The position numbers and the translations under genes were made by a program. A stretch of 64,000 bases of DNA, from IMG/VR virus record IMGVR_UViG_3300013772_000002, positions 32,001 to 96,000 of that record, one strand, 5' to 3'. This document shows, piece by piece, positions 1 to 10,394 of the stretch; position 1 is the first letter of the stretch; each line of letters begins with the position of its first letter. This stretch comes from a virus. The notes below the pieces were generated by a model. That model saw nothing but the letters and a program-made list of their open reading frames with translations, made no database searches and was not told where the DNA came from.

Positions 1-150
1 TGCAGGATCGAGGCATTCCCGCCGTCTGTCGTGACCGCTATGAGGTCCTGCGCAACAGTGATGAGCGCGGGGTTGTCGTCGACTGGGAGCGTGTCTTTCT
101 CCTCGACTTTCTGATCGACATTCGTATTCACCCCGAGCCGGAGGAAACCG

Positions 151-423
151 ATGGCGAACCCGACGACGATTCCTGATAGTGCACGTATTGACGGTCTACT
201 CGCGAGTTGCGGTATCTCAGTGATGAACGTCGATGAGATTACCAACCGTGACGCGATTGGTTGGCGTTTCTCCTGTTTTGTCGGACCGAGTAGTGCCGAT
301 GTTGGGGCGGTTGCTCAGGCAGAAGCGGCGCTCATCAAGGCTGGGTATATTCCGGGATTTACCTGGGAAAACGACGAGGCCGCGAAAAATGGTTGGGGTC
401 GCTGTATTTTGAAGGTGTTGTGA
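151..423 (+). CDS. hypothetical phage protein
   Basis: ATG with GGAGG RBS; first of a run of tightly packed + strand ORFs. Confidence 0.6.
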   Translation: MANPTTIPDSARIDGLLASCGISVMNVDEITNRDAIGWRFSCFVGPSSADVGAVAQAEAALIKAGYIPGFTWENDEAAKNGWGRCILKVL

Positions 424-424
424 C

Positions 425-703
425 TTGCAGGCACATTATCTCGAGTGCATCGCGCGCGACGGTGTCATGTATGAATTTGAATATTGCACCGAAGCACTTG
501 CATCGGGATCAACGGTGCTCTTTTGCCTGATCACCGTTGAGGACCCTACCGCACAGAACCTGCGCTATTACAACAAGGTCTGGACTGATTCGACGAAATG
601 GGTAATGCCCGTCTTCTACAACTTTCAAGGTAAGTTCATTAACGACGTCGACTATCGTCGGCAATATCTGATAGAAGGAGTGACCGATGAGTGTCCCGGG
701 TGA
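425..703 (+). CDS. hypothetical phage protein
   Basis: Fills the gap between adjacent ORFs; TTG start uncertain. Confidence 0.5.
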   Translation: MQAHYLECIARDGVMYEFEYCTEALASGSTVLFCLITVEDPTAQNLRYYNKVWTDSTKWVMPVFYNFQGKFINDVDYRRQYLIEGVTDECPG

Positions 704-1370
704 CGGCCTCGATACGCCGGAGCGCAATCGCCGCCGTGAGGCGCGACAGAACGGCACATTGGCACAAGTGCCCCCACCGCCCCCACCACCGGAGGATGAT
801 GGACCGGAGGAGCACTGGGCGGTCCGACACCTGCGCGAGAAAGGCGTGCCCGTCACCAGCCAGTCGCTGGCCATTCAGCGAGCGGGGGGTGAGGTCGTCT
901 ATCCCGACATCGATGCGCTGGGTAATAAGGTAAAGCCGGAGGTAGCGGATGAATCGATGATTCCCGCCGTCCGCTCGGCGAAGATTGACGCATTCCTCGC
1001 TCACGAACGCGACGAGGACGTCCTCCCCGACGAGGGTGGAAGCGACGATCTGGATGCGGCGATGGCGTCGATGGCGGTACGTACACGGAAGACGGTCTCG
1101 CATCCTGAATACCAGCAGGACGTTGTGACCCATGCGCCGAAAGTTGGCTCCGTGGGGTTGCCGTCGCGTGCCGTCGATCTCGTTTCTCTTGCCGATTCCG
1201 AGGGCTTGACATTGACCATTGCGACACTCCCCTATCTCCAGGAGTGGGAACGCAAGATGGAGGCATGGCTTGCTGCCGAGCGCGCCAAGGATGCCGCACA
1301 CCAGAAGAAACAGGATCAGGCGATCGCCTCGGTGATGCGTACAGTCGGCGCACTGCTCGGTAAAGAATGA
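687..1370 (+). CDS. hypothetical protein (Pro-rich/acidic)
   Basis: AAGGAG RBS; ATGA overlap with next gene. Confidence 0.65.
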   Translation: MSVPGDGLDTPERNRRREARQNGTLAQVPPPPPPPEDDGPEEHWAVRHLREKGVPVTSQSLAIQRAGGEVVYPDIDALGNKVKPEVADESMIPAVRSAKIDAFLAHERDEDVLPDEGGSDDLDAAMASMAVRTRKTVSHPEYQQDVVTHAPKVGSVGLPSRAVDLVSLADSEGLTLTIATLPYLQEWERKMEAWLAAERAKDAAHQKKQDQAIASVMRTVGALLGKE

Positions 1371-1627
1371 TCCTCGAACAAGAGAATCTCATCGATCTGA
1401 TTGCGAAGATCAACGAGCAATGGGGATATTTCGAGAGCGACCAACAGCCGCCCCCTCATCTTCGGTCGAGCGCATGGGAAGTTCACTCTCTTGCTGAGAC
1501 AACGACCTTTTTACTCACGGTTCTTGATAAGGCGGGCGTTGCTTATAAGCGACCGGACTTCCCCTATGTGGGCGGTCTGCCCGTTATCCTCAAAGAGGTC
1601 TTCGGAGAGAAGAAAAAGAAGAAATGA
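1367..1627 (+). CDS. hypothetical protein
   Basis: ATGA coupling at both ends. Confidence 0.6.
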   Translation: MILEQENLIDLIAKINEQWGYFESDQQPPPHLRSSAWEVHSLAETTTFLLTVLDKAGVAYKRPDFPYVGGLPVILKEVFGEKKKKK

Positions 1628-2034
1628 AGCAACTCTTCACAGTGGCTCCGCCCGAGCCAACACGACAGGATCATACGCTGGTGATTGGTGAGGCGTGGGA
1701 ATGGACGGTCACCTTTCCTCCGGAAGTGTGTGATGGGCGACACGGCTTCGCCCTTGCCGTCTTTATTCATTCATTGGGCGTTGTACCATGGGCTCAGGCG
1801 GACGTCGCGGTAATCGATCATAACCAAGTTCGTTTGTCATTCTCCGCAGGAAAGACCGCGCTTCTCCCGCTACGGAATCGCCTTTGGTATGAGCTCCGTA
1901 CTATCGATCCCGATGGAGACGGTCACGTGTGGGCGCATGGTCGTATCGACCTCATGACGCCCAACGAGCACGCGAAGAGCATTCGCCGCGTCAGCTACAA
2001 GATCACTATCCCGGTGCCGTCTCGTGCTCGATGA
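1624..2034 (+). CDS. BppU-like/Ig-like beta-sandwich protein (possible virion accessory)
   Basis: Pattern LVIGEAW...VRLSFSAGKTALLP...WYEL..G.I resembles ORF 26795-27277. Confidence 0.45.
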   Translation: MKQLFTVAPPEPTRQDHTLVIGEAWEWTVTFPPEVCDGRHGFALAVFIHSLGVVPWAQADVAVIDHNQVRLSFSAGKTALLPLRNRLWYELRTIDPDGDGHVWAHGRIDLMTPNEHAKSIRRVSYKITIPVPSRAR

Positions 2035-2218
2035 ACTCTTGCCACTGATGAATGCGCTCGACGATGCTACCGAGCGTCTCGCGGAGTACCTCGCCGTCCA
2101 CCCCCGCACCGACGCTTCGACGATTGAGGAGGCGCGCGCTCTTACGACCGCCTGGCTCGCCGTTCGTGCCGTTAGGGTGGCGAAATGGTGGTACTGGGCC
2201 TGGCGTGTTGACACGTAG
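2024..2218 (+). CDS. small hypothetical protein
   Basis: Overlapping GTG start; ends just inside the next promoter. Confidence 0.4.
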   Translation: MLDELLPLMNALDDATERLAEYLAVHPRTDASTIEEARALTTAWLAVRAVRVAKWWYWAWRVDT

Positions 2219-2236
2219 CGAATGTCATGGTACAAC
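2208..2236 (+). promoter_or_regulatory. sigma70/sigmaA-type promoter for ssb
   Basis: TTGACA-17 nt-TACAAC with CATGG immediately before the -10; flanked by inverted repeat GTGTTGACA/TGTCAACAC. Confidence 0.65.
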
Positions 2237-2290
2237 TACTTTGTCAACACATGAATCCCCTGTTGGGGGGAAGGCGAGAAGGAGTAAACA

Positions 2291-2782
2291 TTGGCAGGCG
2301 ATTATCAGGGTCCCGCTCGGGCACGAGGCAAACAGCACGCGACGATTTTCGGTAAGATCGTCATGGACAAGAACACGGACCATCTGACGGTTTCCCACAC
2401 CGATGGTGGCTCCGCGTTCGTCGAGTTCACGGTCGTGGTGAGCGACCTCGTCAAGGGCGTCGAGGTTCCAACCTTCTACAAGTGCACCCTTTGGGGAGCC
2501 GGTGAGGGTGGGGAGAAATACCTCCAGTTCGTTTGTGGTAAATGGGAGAAGAACAAGCCGATCACCGTCATTGGTAAGCAGACGCATCGTGCATGGATCA
2601 ATCGGGATGGCATTGCGCAGCCGGGACCGGAAATACGGGTCGCGGACATCTTCTATGAGCCGAATTGGGACCAGGTTCCGGTAGGGGGCGCGCCCGATGA
2701 CTCGAACTACGGTCAGCTCGTCGGCGCCGCCGCCGCTAAAGCCCCCGCCATTGACGCGAACGCCGATCCGAACGCGTGGTAA
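2291..2782 (+). CDS. ssb: single-stranded DNA-binding protein
   Basis: OB-fold pattern ATIFGKI...VEFTVVV...TFYKCTLWG...ITVIGK..RAW..RDG...EIRV; low-complexity C-tail; AAGGAG RBS before TTG. Confidence 0.8.
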   Translation: MAGDYQGPARARGKQHATIFGKIVMDKNTDHLTVSHTDGGSAFVEFTVVVSDLVKGVEVPTFYKCTLWGAGEGGEKYLQFVCGKWEKNKPITVIGKQTHRAWINRDGIAQPGPEIRVADIFYEPNWDQVPVGGAPDDSNYGQLVGAAAAKAPAIDANADPNAW

Positions 2783-3357
2783 AGGTTCCCGCCACCGGAC
2801 ATCTCCGTCCGCGGACCTTCTCCTTTGCCCTTCCCAATCACGGGAAGGGCAAAGCGCAGGTCTTTGGTGAAGTATTCGCGAACTATATTGTCCATCATGA
2901 CGCGCATATTGCTTCCGGAATCTCCGCGAGTGACACTCGCCTCGGAGAAATCGACTGGACCGAATGGGATCGTGAACGCGCGATCATGACCGTTGGCGCG
3001 CGCGTTGACTACGCGATGAATCACGGCACTTGGTGCCTGATACGCATTTGGGCTGACGCACCCGAGTCGATCGCCACTGGTTACGGCGCCATGCCGGAGT
3101 ACGGCGCGACCCATGTCGGTCGTCACGTGTTCGCTGAATCACTTGACATTAGTCGAGGCGGCACGGCTCCACGACTCGATGCTCCCCTGGGCGATTGGGT
3201 TGAGACTAATCAACTCCTCGTTCCACGCGAGACCGGAACAATCATTACCCCCGGAACACAATTCTCCCATATTCTCAAGACCCTAGAAATCTTGCCCGCC
3301 GAACTGGTTGAGGAGACGGCAATTCGTATCGAATTTCTGCCGGAATCATTCGACTGA
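2776..3357 (+). CDS. hypothetical protein
   Basis: Overlaps ssb stop; coding-like composition. Confidence 0.55.
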   Translation: MVKVPATGHLRPRTFSFALPNHGKGKAQVFGEVFANYIVHHDAHIASGISASDTRLGEIDWTEWDRERAIMTVGARVDYAMNHGTWCLIRIWADAPESIATGYGAMPEYGATHVGRHVFAESLDISRGGTAPRLDAPLGDWVETNQLLVPRETGTIITPGTQFSHILKTLEILPAELVEETAIRIEFLPESFD

Positions 3358-3361
3358 CTTA

Positions 3362-3390
3362 TTGACAGCGTCCCCATAACATGACATTAT
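3362..3390 (+). promoter_or_regulatory. promoter
   Basis: TTGACA-17-CATTAT with CATGA before the -10. Confidence 0.6.
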
Positions 3391-3405
3391 CTATCGGGAG
3401 GTCGC

Positions 3406-3708
3406 GTGCGAACCCGCGAGATGGGCTACGATCCGCTCTTCTTTCCCATCAACTCAGTTGCCCGGATTGCCGCGGTGATCAAAATCGACGCGGGTTTCGT
3501 GCACGAGAAGGCACGAGACATTCTCGGTCGTTATCCGGGCATCCAGACGGCACTCGCCGACGCCGAGGTGCCGCGCGTCGTCAACGCTTGCCGACCATAT
3601 ATGCCACGCGACGACGAGGCGTGGGAGGCAGAGGAAGACGATTGTGAGTATCGCGATCTGATTGAGCGGTACGGCGGCGACCTCTTCGACGCGCCACGAG
3701 AGGAATGA
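3406..3708 (+). CDS. hypothetical protein
   Basis: GGGAGG RBS before GTG. Confidence 0.6.
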   Translation: MRTREMGYDPLFFPINSVARIAAVIKIDAGFVHEKARDILGRYPGIQTALADAEVPRVVNACRPYMPRDDEAWEAEEDDCEYRDLIERYGGDLFDAPREE

Positions 3709-3709
3709 A

Positions 3710-4054
3710 ATGGGGACACAGATTGCGCGGAAGTCAGGAGAGATGCCTCGCAATCATTTCGAGGAGCCACCGTCCGGATGGAAGCCGCGTCGTTTTCCGC
3801 CGATTGGCGCTTATGGTCAGGGGTCAGATCGCCTCGCGCATGCATTGGGAAGGGTTGTTGGTTCCGGGGTTCACGGTCATGTTGAGAGCATTCCCGTCGA
3901 TGGTGGTGAGCGCGTTCTTTTCATGGTTGGACTGATCGTTGGTGGTTTATCGTGGACATGGCAAGGCACCTATGAGGAATGGGAGGTCAGAGAGGCGATT
4001 GAAGATTTACTTGCCGCTTTCAATAATGGAGGGAGACATGATGGGTCTGACTGA
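3710..4054 (+). CDS. hypothetical protein
   Basis: ATG at 3710 after GAGG. Confidence 0.55.
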   Translation: MGTQIARKSGEMPRNHFEEPPSGWKPRRFPPIGAYGQGSDRLAHALGRVVGSGVHGHVESIPVDGGERVLFMVGLIVGGLSWTWQGTYEEWEVREAIEDLLAAFNNGGRHDGSD

Positions 4055-4066
4055 TGGGATTGACCT

Positions 4067-4336
4067 GTGGTAAGTGAGCGTACTGCCCAGATGGCGCGAC
4101 GACGAGAGGCTGAGATCGACTATTTGATCTTGACGGCTTTTCGTGCCGCGGAAGATCGGGGCTTCGATGTAAACGATTGCCATCCCGTCGTTGACGAGGA
4201 GGATGGCTCGTGCGTCCTGATGATAGGGGATCGTCCATTTGCGGTGATCGAAATGGATGAAGAGACCCTTCGTCTTACGTTGCGTTTCTTTCTACTTTTC
4301 GCGCCCGACACAAAGGAGCATAAAAATGACAACTGA
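4067..4336 (+). CDS. hypothetical protein
   Basis: Co-oriented ORF in operon. Confidence 0.5.
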   Translation: MVSERTAQMARRREAEIDYLILTAFRAAEDRGFDVNDCHPVVDEEDGSCVLMIGDRPFAVIEMDEETLRLTLRFFLLFAPDTKEHKNDN

Positions 4337-4628
4337 ACATCCCGATGCGCGACTGACGATGGCACGAGCATTCGAGGAGGGCGCGATCGCCATTACCGGA
4401 CGCGCCGCGCGTACCAATGCCGCGGGGACGATTGTTCCGGTGCGGGTACGCGTCACCGGGCTGGGAGAAAGTCCGTTCTTCGCTCTTTCCATTACCAGTG
4501 AGGCGGATGGCATGGACCTGCTCAATGAGCGCGTCTTCGCCCTCGATGGCGTTATTGCTCGCCTCATGGATGCTGGTGAGGGAGTGGGCACGGACGGGTT
4601 GCCAGCAGTGTGGGAAACGATCCGTTAA
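4326..4628 (+). CDS. hypothetical protein
   Basis: AAGGAG RBS, ATG at 4326. Confidence 0.6.
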   Translation: MTTEHPDARLTMARAFEEGAIAITGRAARTNAAGTIVPVRVRVTGLGESPFFALSITSEADGMDLLNERVFALDGVIARLMDAGEGVGTDGLPAVWETIR

Positions 4629-4644
4629 TACCGAAAGGAACATC

Positions 4645-5574
4645 ATGCGTAGCCAATCCCTCCTCTTCGATCGCCTGACAACTCATCCGCTCGTCATCGC
4701 CGAAGGCGCGATGAATGATGCCGAGATTCTCACGAAAGGCGCCCCGATCGAGGCGGTCGTTTTTGACATTACCGAGCTCGCCTTCGTTCAGCGCATGCTC
4801 GCACCGCTCGATCGGTGGGCACTCGACAGTTACCCCTGTGTCGTCCCTGTGATCGACACAGACCTCTGGTTCGAGTGGTTTTCCCCCGCTCACGGGACGA
4901 CCTTCGGTCTCTTTGTGCGTGCCGCTGATATGGGGGCGGCAATTGACGGCCAGCTCCGCGACGGCTATCTCATTTGCCACCATCTCGTCGGCGGTCATGC
5001 CTTTATGGAGCGGCCAGCGCAAAGGGACATTCTTCACCTCGGCACCTTTCGCTATGGCGTCGATCGTGAAGGACGCCTCTTCAGTGGTTGGGCTCCTTCC
5101 TTGACCAGTAACTGGGATCGTGAGTTTGGCGAGTTTGGTCCGGAGATGATTCGCGCCTTGCTCTCTCCTCACCTCTTTGCGATGTCTGTGCTGCATAACC
5201 CGACAACTACGGTCGCGCGACACGACCCGGACGATCTTTACGCGCGGCGCTGGGTGAAGAAGTATAAGCGCTCACTCGCCTCCTGGTATGCGATTGATAC
5301 CGAGCCGGAGTTTGACACGGTCAGTGCCGAGCAAACGGGTGCGGAACCCTTTCCGTCGGCTCTTCGTCGCATCCAGCGTGAACCACGCGCGGGTATCGTT
5401 GACTGTCTCAGTCGCTATAACTGGCGGATCGATGACATTCGTGTCGCGACACAGTCCTTTCAGGGATCAGAGAAGCCAATTGTTGCGCCGCCGAGCGGAA
5501 CGCTACTTCTCCCGCCGGCGCCCGCTCGCGTTGTGCCCATCTTCCTGGGTGGCGCACCGGGACACTCTCAATGA
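4645..5574 (+). CDS. hypothetical protein
   Basis: AAAGGA RBS, ATG at 4645 (in frame with track ORF 4417-5574). Confidence 0.65.
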   Translation: MRSQSLLFDRLTTHPLVIAEGAMNDAEILTKGAPIEAVVFDITELAFVQRMLAPLDRWALDSYPCVVPVIDTDLWFEWFSPAHGTTFGLFVRAADMGAAIDGQLRDGYLICHHLVGGHAFMERPAQRDILHLGTFRYGVDREGRLFSGWAPSLTSNWDREFGEFGPEMIRALLSPHLFAMSVLHNPTTTVARHDPDDLYARRWVKKYKRSLASWYAIDTEPEFDTVSAEQTGAEPFPSALRRIQREPRAGIVDCLSRYNWRIDDIRVATQSFQGSEKPIVAPPSGTLLLPPAPARVVPIFLGGAPGHSQ

Positions 5575-5795
5575 CCATCAATGTGCAGCCGGGAATACGC
5601 GTCGAATTGACGGGCGCTCCAACCGCCGTGACCCTTCGCGGTCGCACCGGGACGGTCGTGCGAGAAGACGAGGACGAGGGCTATGTGATTGTCAATCTTG
5701 ACACCCCCGCCCTGTATCGCCATTTCAACGGCGAAGTTGAAGAGCTGCCGGAAGTAAGGGTGATGACCGACAATCTGCGTATCCTCGGCTCCTAA
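5571..5795 (+). CDS. small SH3/KOW-like protein
   Basis: PGIRVELTG...GRTGTVV...YVIVNLD pattern; ATGA overlap. Confidence 0.55.
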   Translation: MTINVQPGIRVELTGAPTAVTLRGRTGTVVREDEDEGYVIVNLDTPALYRHFNGEVEELPEVRVMTDNLRILGS

Positions 5796-5811
5796 GCGTT
5801 TCTGATGCCAC

Positions 5812-5840
5812 TTGACACGATATATCTAACATGATATAGT
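5812..5840 (+). promoter_or_regulatory. promoter for dnaE
   Basis: TTGACA-17-TATAGT, extended -10 CATGA. Confidence 0.75.
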
Positions 5841-5861
5841 GGGGGTCATGAGGGAGCGATC

Positions 5862-8800
5862 GTGACAACTGATCCATATATTCATCTTCACCTACATACC
5901 AGCTTCAGCACCGCCGATGGCATTCCCTCGCCCGACCAGATTGCCGAGGCAATCGTTGAGCGCGGGCAGGACGGTTGCGCCATTACGGATCATGGCGCGC
6001 TCCACGGTCTTTTTCCCTTCGACGCGGCGATGCGGAAGGCGGGGAAACACCCCATCCTAGGGGGGGAGCTTTATTTGACGGTTGGACCGATCGTCAAGAA
6101 TAGTGATGGCGCAAAGCCGATTCGGGATAGTTTTCATCTCACCGCGCTTGCCAAGAATGAGATCGGCTATCGCAATCTTCTCGCCCTCAATGCCAAGGCG
6201 TCGATTGAGAATACCTACTATGATAAACCGCGCGTCACGCTGGATTGGCTTGCGGAACATCGCGAAGGTCTCGTTATCCTCTCTGGCTGTATATCCTCAC
6301 TGATTTCCGTCTGCATTCTCGCGGCAAAACTGGAAGGAGCGTGGGGAGACAGGGCACGCGCAAAATCAGGTGTTCGCTTCGGCTATCTCGATGTGGCGCT
6401 AAAACACTTCCTTTGGTTTCGCGAGACGTTTGGCGAAGACTTCTTCGTCGAATTAATGGATCACGGTCTTCCCGAGGAGGAAATAGTTGCCAAGCAACTC
6501 CTCGCCTGGGCAGATCAGTATGAAGTGCCGATTGTCGGCACCAACGACGTTCACTACCTAGAAAAGGATGATTTTCAGATACAGACCGTCATCACTGCCG
6601 CGACGCGGAAGAAGGACGATGATGGCGTCTGGACCGAGGGAATCGGTCACGAAGGACTGCATCTCATGACGGGTGCGGAGATGGCGGTATTACCGCTCTT
6701 TCTCGAACGCCCCGAAGCGCTGACCAATACGCGCGTTGTTTTTGAGCGCTGCGTATTCGATCTGCCCGCGCCACCATCGCTCCTGCCGTCTTTCCCCTTG
6801 CCAAAGGGCGCGAAGGGCATTGAATCGTACCTCTGGGACAAAGTAGTCGCCGGTTGCCACCGGCGCTATGGACATATGTCGGGTGAAGTGCTCGATCGTG
6901 CGACCTACGAGTTTGAGGTCATTCGTGACATGCGTTTCCTCGACTACTTTGCAGTCGTTGAGGAGTTGATCTCCTGGTCGAAAAATAAGGGCATTCGTGT
7001 TGGCCCCGGTCGTGGGAGCGCGGCAGGATCGCTCGTCGTTTATGCGCTCGGTATTACGGATGTCGATCCGCTCCACTTCGGTCTCTTTTTTGAGCGCTTC
7101 CTGAATCCGAATCGTATCTCGATGCCGGACATCGACATTGATTTCGCTGACACGCGACGCGATGAGGTCGTAGCGCATGTGCGAAAAGTCTATGGTGATG
7201 CCCATGTTGCCCAGATATCGACCTATGGCACATTAGCGTCGCGTTCTTCGGTGCGAGCTGTCGCGCGGGCGATGGGAGTCGGGTATCTCGCGAGCGATCT
7301 TCTTGCGAAGCAATTCCCGATGGGTCCGACGAGTCCGCCGATGGCAGAGAGTGCCGCCAGTCCGGCTATCCTCAACTATCTTGCCCAGCAGCCGGACGGT
7401 GAGCGAGAGGAGCTTGAGGAACTCGTCCGTACGGCGGTGACGATTAATGGGCGGATCAATAATGTTGGCCGTCATGCAGCAGGCATCGTGATTTCCGGTC
7501 CGCCGATCCTCGATTACATTCCCGTCGGGCAAATCAAGGGCGAGAAGGTCGTGCAATGCTCGATGCATGAAGTGGAAGACAAGGGACTCCTCAAGATGGA
7601 TTTCCTTGGTCTCACGACATTGACGCTGATCAATGTGGCCGAAGAGTTGATCAACGCCAATCGCGCATCGACACTCGAGCCATTCGCCGTAGCGGATCAG
7701 CCACTTGAAGGACCTGACGCCGACGCGGTCTACGCAATGATGGCGCGCGGTGATGTCTTTGGGTGCTTCCAGCTCGATCAGGCGACGGCATTGGGCATTA
7801 CACGACAGGTAAAACCCCGTCGCTTCGACGATGTTGTGACAATCACTGCGCTTGGTCGTCCTGGACCAATGGAACATGCTCCCCAATTTGTGTCGCGACG
7901 TGAGGGGCGGGAGGCGGTTGTCTACGCCCATCCCGATCTCGAGCCCGTCCTGGGAGATACTTACGGATTCCCCGTTTTTCAGGAGCAGGTGATGCAAATC
8001 GCTCGTGTCCTGGCGGGTTACTCGCTCGCCGAGGCGGATGAACTGCGCAAGGCAATGGGCAAGAAGCTGCCGGTTGAGATGGCAAAGCATCGCGATCGTT
8101 TCCTCGCGGGATGTCGGGGAAAGGGTATCGCCGATAACATCTCGAATCCACTTTTTGATGATATGGAGAAGTTCTCCGGTTACGGGTTCAATCGCTCGCA
8201 TTCGACTTGTTATGCGCTCATTGGCTTCTGGACGGGTTTCCTTTCTTGTCATTATCCGAATGAATTCCTGGCTGCCTTAATGACGAGTGAGTTCGGTAAT
8301 TCCGAGAAAGTTGCGCGTGTGATTGCCGAATCTCGTCATCGCGGAATCGGTATCCTTCCTCCGTCGGTTGATCGTAGTCAATGGGCGTGCACTATTGAAG
8401 GGAGCGCTCTTCGTCTCGGATTGGGCATGGTCAAAGGATTGGGCGCTGACATGGCTCGCCAGATCGCCGCTAGTGCTCCATATGATTCGATCGACGCACT
8501 TTTCTTGCGTATCCCAGCGATTAGTTCCGGAGCCGTCACGGCATTAGTTAAATCTGGGGCGTGCGACCACCTCATCCCCGATCGGTCGCCCAAGCAACGC
8601 GTCGGCGTCTCCGAGCAAGTATCAGCGATGGCAAGACGCGTGCGGGCAATGGTGAAGAAGAATCAGAACGGTCTTCAGACTTCACTCTTTGCGCCAACCG
8701 AGCACTTCGTTCCTCTTCCCCTTGCCGTCCATCCGGACAGCTCATTAAAGGAAACGCTCGAGAATGAGCTCGGGATACTCGGTTGCTATCTGACGCTCTC

Positions 8801-9512
8801 ACCACTTGCTGAGTTGGCAGAGCGTGAGGGACGCGGTGCATCCCTTGCCGATGTGCCGGAGGAAGTTCCGCCCGACGAGGAAATCACCTATGCATTCAAG
8901 GCGCCGCACGACTACGTTGTCGAAGTGCGCGAAATGAATGTCGTCTTGACGAAGGAGTCCCAAGAGTCAATGGCACTCCTAACCGTTGCTGACGCACAGG
9001 GCACGAAGCGTCGTATGGCAGTTTTCCCGCGACTCTATCGCGAGCTGGCGCCGGAGGGTCTCGCACAGGGCGCGCTGATGCGGGTCGTCGCGCGCGCGAA
9101 CATCTACAAAGGCGAGGTCGGTCTTGTCGCCAATGAAGCGCGTATCGTTGCCCTCGGCGACATCGAGCGGATGATGCGTGCGGATGATGCACGGATGCTC
9201 GAAGTCCTGCACGTTTCATTCTCACAGGCACAGTTGGCGACACCAGTCTACATGCGCTTTCTTACAAGCGCCATCAATCGTCCGGAGTTCTCCGGAGACC
9301 GCCCTGTGATCCTCCACACGCCCGATGGCAAGGCGGTACCACTCTCGACGGGCGTCAAGGCCCCACGCGCCATCTGCGAGCACCTGCGCACTCTCTTTGG
9401 GGGTCGCGTGTCCACCGGACCACCCGGACTCCGTTGGCGTGATGAGGCATGGAATTTGTACGACCCAAACGCGGCATTGAGTGAAGAAGACTTCGCCGAC
9501 GTGCCATTTTAG
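5862..9512 (+). CDS. dnaE: DNA polymerase III alpha subunit (PHP + C-family polymerase)
   Basis: HLHLHTSFS, AITDHG, GPGRGSAAGSLV, FERFLNP.R.SMPDIDIDF, HAAG, LLKMDFLGL, FSGYGFNRSH motifs; no intein. Confidence 0.97.
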   Translation: MTTDPYIHLHLHTSFSTADGIPSPDQIAEAIVERGQDGCAITDHGALHGLFPFDAAMRKAGKHPILGGELYLTVGPIVKNSDGAKPIRDSFHLTALAKNEIGYRNLLALNAKASIENTYYDKPRVTLDWLAEHREGLVILSGCISSLISVCILAAKLEGAWGDRARAKSGVRFGYLDVALKHFLWFRETFGEDFFVELMDHGLPEEEIVAKQLLAWADQYEVPIVGTNDVHYLEKDDFQIQTVITAATRKKDDDGVWTEGIGHEGLHLMTGAEMAVLPLFLERPEALTNTRVVFERCVFDLPAPPSLLPSFPLPKGAKGIESYLWDKVVAGCHRRYGHMSGEVLDRATYEFEVIRDMRFLDYFAVVEELISWSKNKGIRVGPGRGSAAGSLVVYALGITDVDPLHFGLFFERFLNPNRISMPDIDIDFADTRRDEVVAHVRKVYGDAHVAQISTYGTLASRSSVRAVARAMGVGYLASDLLAKQFPMGPTSPPMAESAASPAILNYLAQQPDGEREELEELVRTAVTINGRINNVGRHAAGIVISGPPILDYIPVGQIKGEKVVQCSMHEVEDKGLLKMDFLGLTTLTLINVAEELINANRASTLEPFAVADQPLEGPDADAVYAMMARGDVFGCFQLDQATALGITRQVKPRRFDDVVTITALGRPGPMEHAPQFVSRREGREAVVYAHPDLEPVLGDTYGFPVFQEQVMQIARVLAGYSLAEADELRKAMGKKLPVEMAKHRDRFLAGCRGKGIADNISNPLFDDMEKFSGYGFNRSHSTCYALIGFWTGFLSCHYPNEFLAALMTSEFGNSEKVARVIAESRHRGIGILPPSVDRSQWACTIEGSALRLGLGMVKGLGADMARQIAASAPYDSIDALFLRIPAISSGAVTALVKSGACDHLIPDRSPKQRVGVSEQVSAMARRVRAMVKKNQNGLQTSLFAPTEHFVPLPLAVHPDSSLKETLENELGILGCYLTLSPLAELAEREGRGASLADVPEEVPPDEEITYAFKAPHDYVVEVREMNVVLTKESQESMALLTVADAQGTKRRMAVFPRLYRELAPEGLAQGALMRVVARANIYKGEVGLVANEARIVALGDIERMMRADDARMLEVLHVSFSQAQLATPVYMRFLTSAINRPEFSGDRPVILHTPDGKAVPLSTGVKAPRAICEHLRTLFGGRVSTGPPGLRWRDEAWNLYDPNAALSEEDFADVPF

Positions 9513-9527
9513 ATTGAGGAGAATATT

Positions 9528-10394
9528 GTGACTAAGACAAAGACCATTCGCATTGAATTGACGCAGCGTCAGACCGCTCTTATTGACATCGCCAACAAAG
9601 AGCGTGTGCGTCCCTACGACTGGCATGCGACCTTCGATCGCAATTCCGAGCGCTGGTACGCACGCGCCGCGATGACATCTCCTGACGGAACGCGCACCGA
9701 GGTGATGCTGCACCGCTTTCTTCTCGACGAACCGTCCGGTACCGCCGTCCAGTTTATCGACGGTAACCCGCTCAATTGTACCGCCATCAACATGATTGGT
9801 GGTGTACGTAATCGTCTCGCACTGGGGCGCGGCACTTCTCGTTTCAAGGGCGTGTCGTTTGTCTCGAAGAAGAAGGTCAATCCCTGGCGGGCCGAGGTTC
9901 GTTTTGGTGGAATGAAGCATTATATCGGCGGCTTTCCCACCGAAGAAGAAGCCGCAAGCGCCTTTGACGATTTCTGGGAAACTCTTGGCGGTGACCCACG
10001 CCTGACGAACCGGGCAATGATGGCGAGGCGGATGTTGCCAGCGGTCGCGATGGAGGTCGGTGTCGAAATCATGCCTCGGAGGGTTTCGCACAACGCTTCT
10101 GGCTATCGTGGCGTGACACTCTTTAATAAGAAATGGCATCGCGCGACGATCTGGCTTGAAGATAAGACGAAATTGATTGGCTACTTCACGGAGATCACCG
10201 ATGCCGCCCGGGCGTATGACAGGGAGGCGTTTCTTCGCGACGGGGATCGGGCGCGCCTGAACTTCCCTAATGACGATCCGATGGTCTGGGTTGCTCCCCC
10301 TCCCGTCATTCGCGTCCCCCCGCCGCCAAAGCCGGTTTTCCCGCGTGATGCGAAGGATCGGCGGCGGCGCCCCGATCCGATGGCGGCGGCATAG
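9528..10394 (+). CDS. HNH-AP2-derived protein with two AP2 domains (HNH degenerate)
   Basis: SRFKGVS...WRAEV...YIGGF.TEEEAA and SGYRGV...W.A.I...IGYF....AARAYD...ARLNFP AP2 motifs; LHRF...VQFIDGNPLN HNH-like segment. Confidence 0.8.
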   Translation: MTKTKTIRIELTQRQTALIDIANKERVRPYDWHATFDRNSERWYARAAMTSPDGTRTEVMLHRFLLDEPSGTAVQFIDGNPLNCTAINMIGGVRNRLALGRGTSRFKGVSFVSKKKVNPWRAEVRFGGMKHYIGGFPTEEEAASAFDDFWETLGGDPRLTNRAMMARRMLPAVAMEVGVEIMPRRVSHNASGYRGVTLFNKKWHRATIWLEDKTKLIGYFTEITDAARAYDREAFLRDGDRARLNFPNDDPMVWVAPPPVIRVPPPPKPVFPRDAKDRRRRPDPMAAA

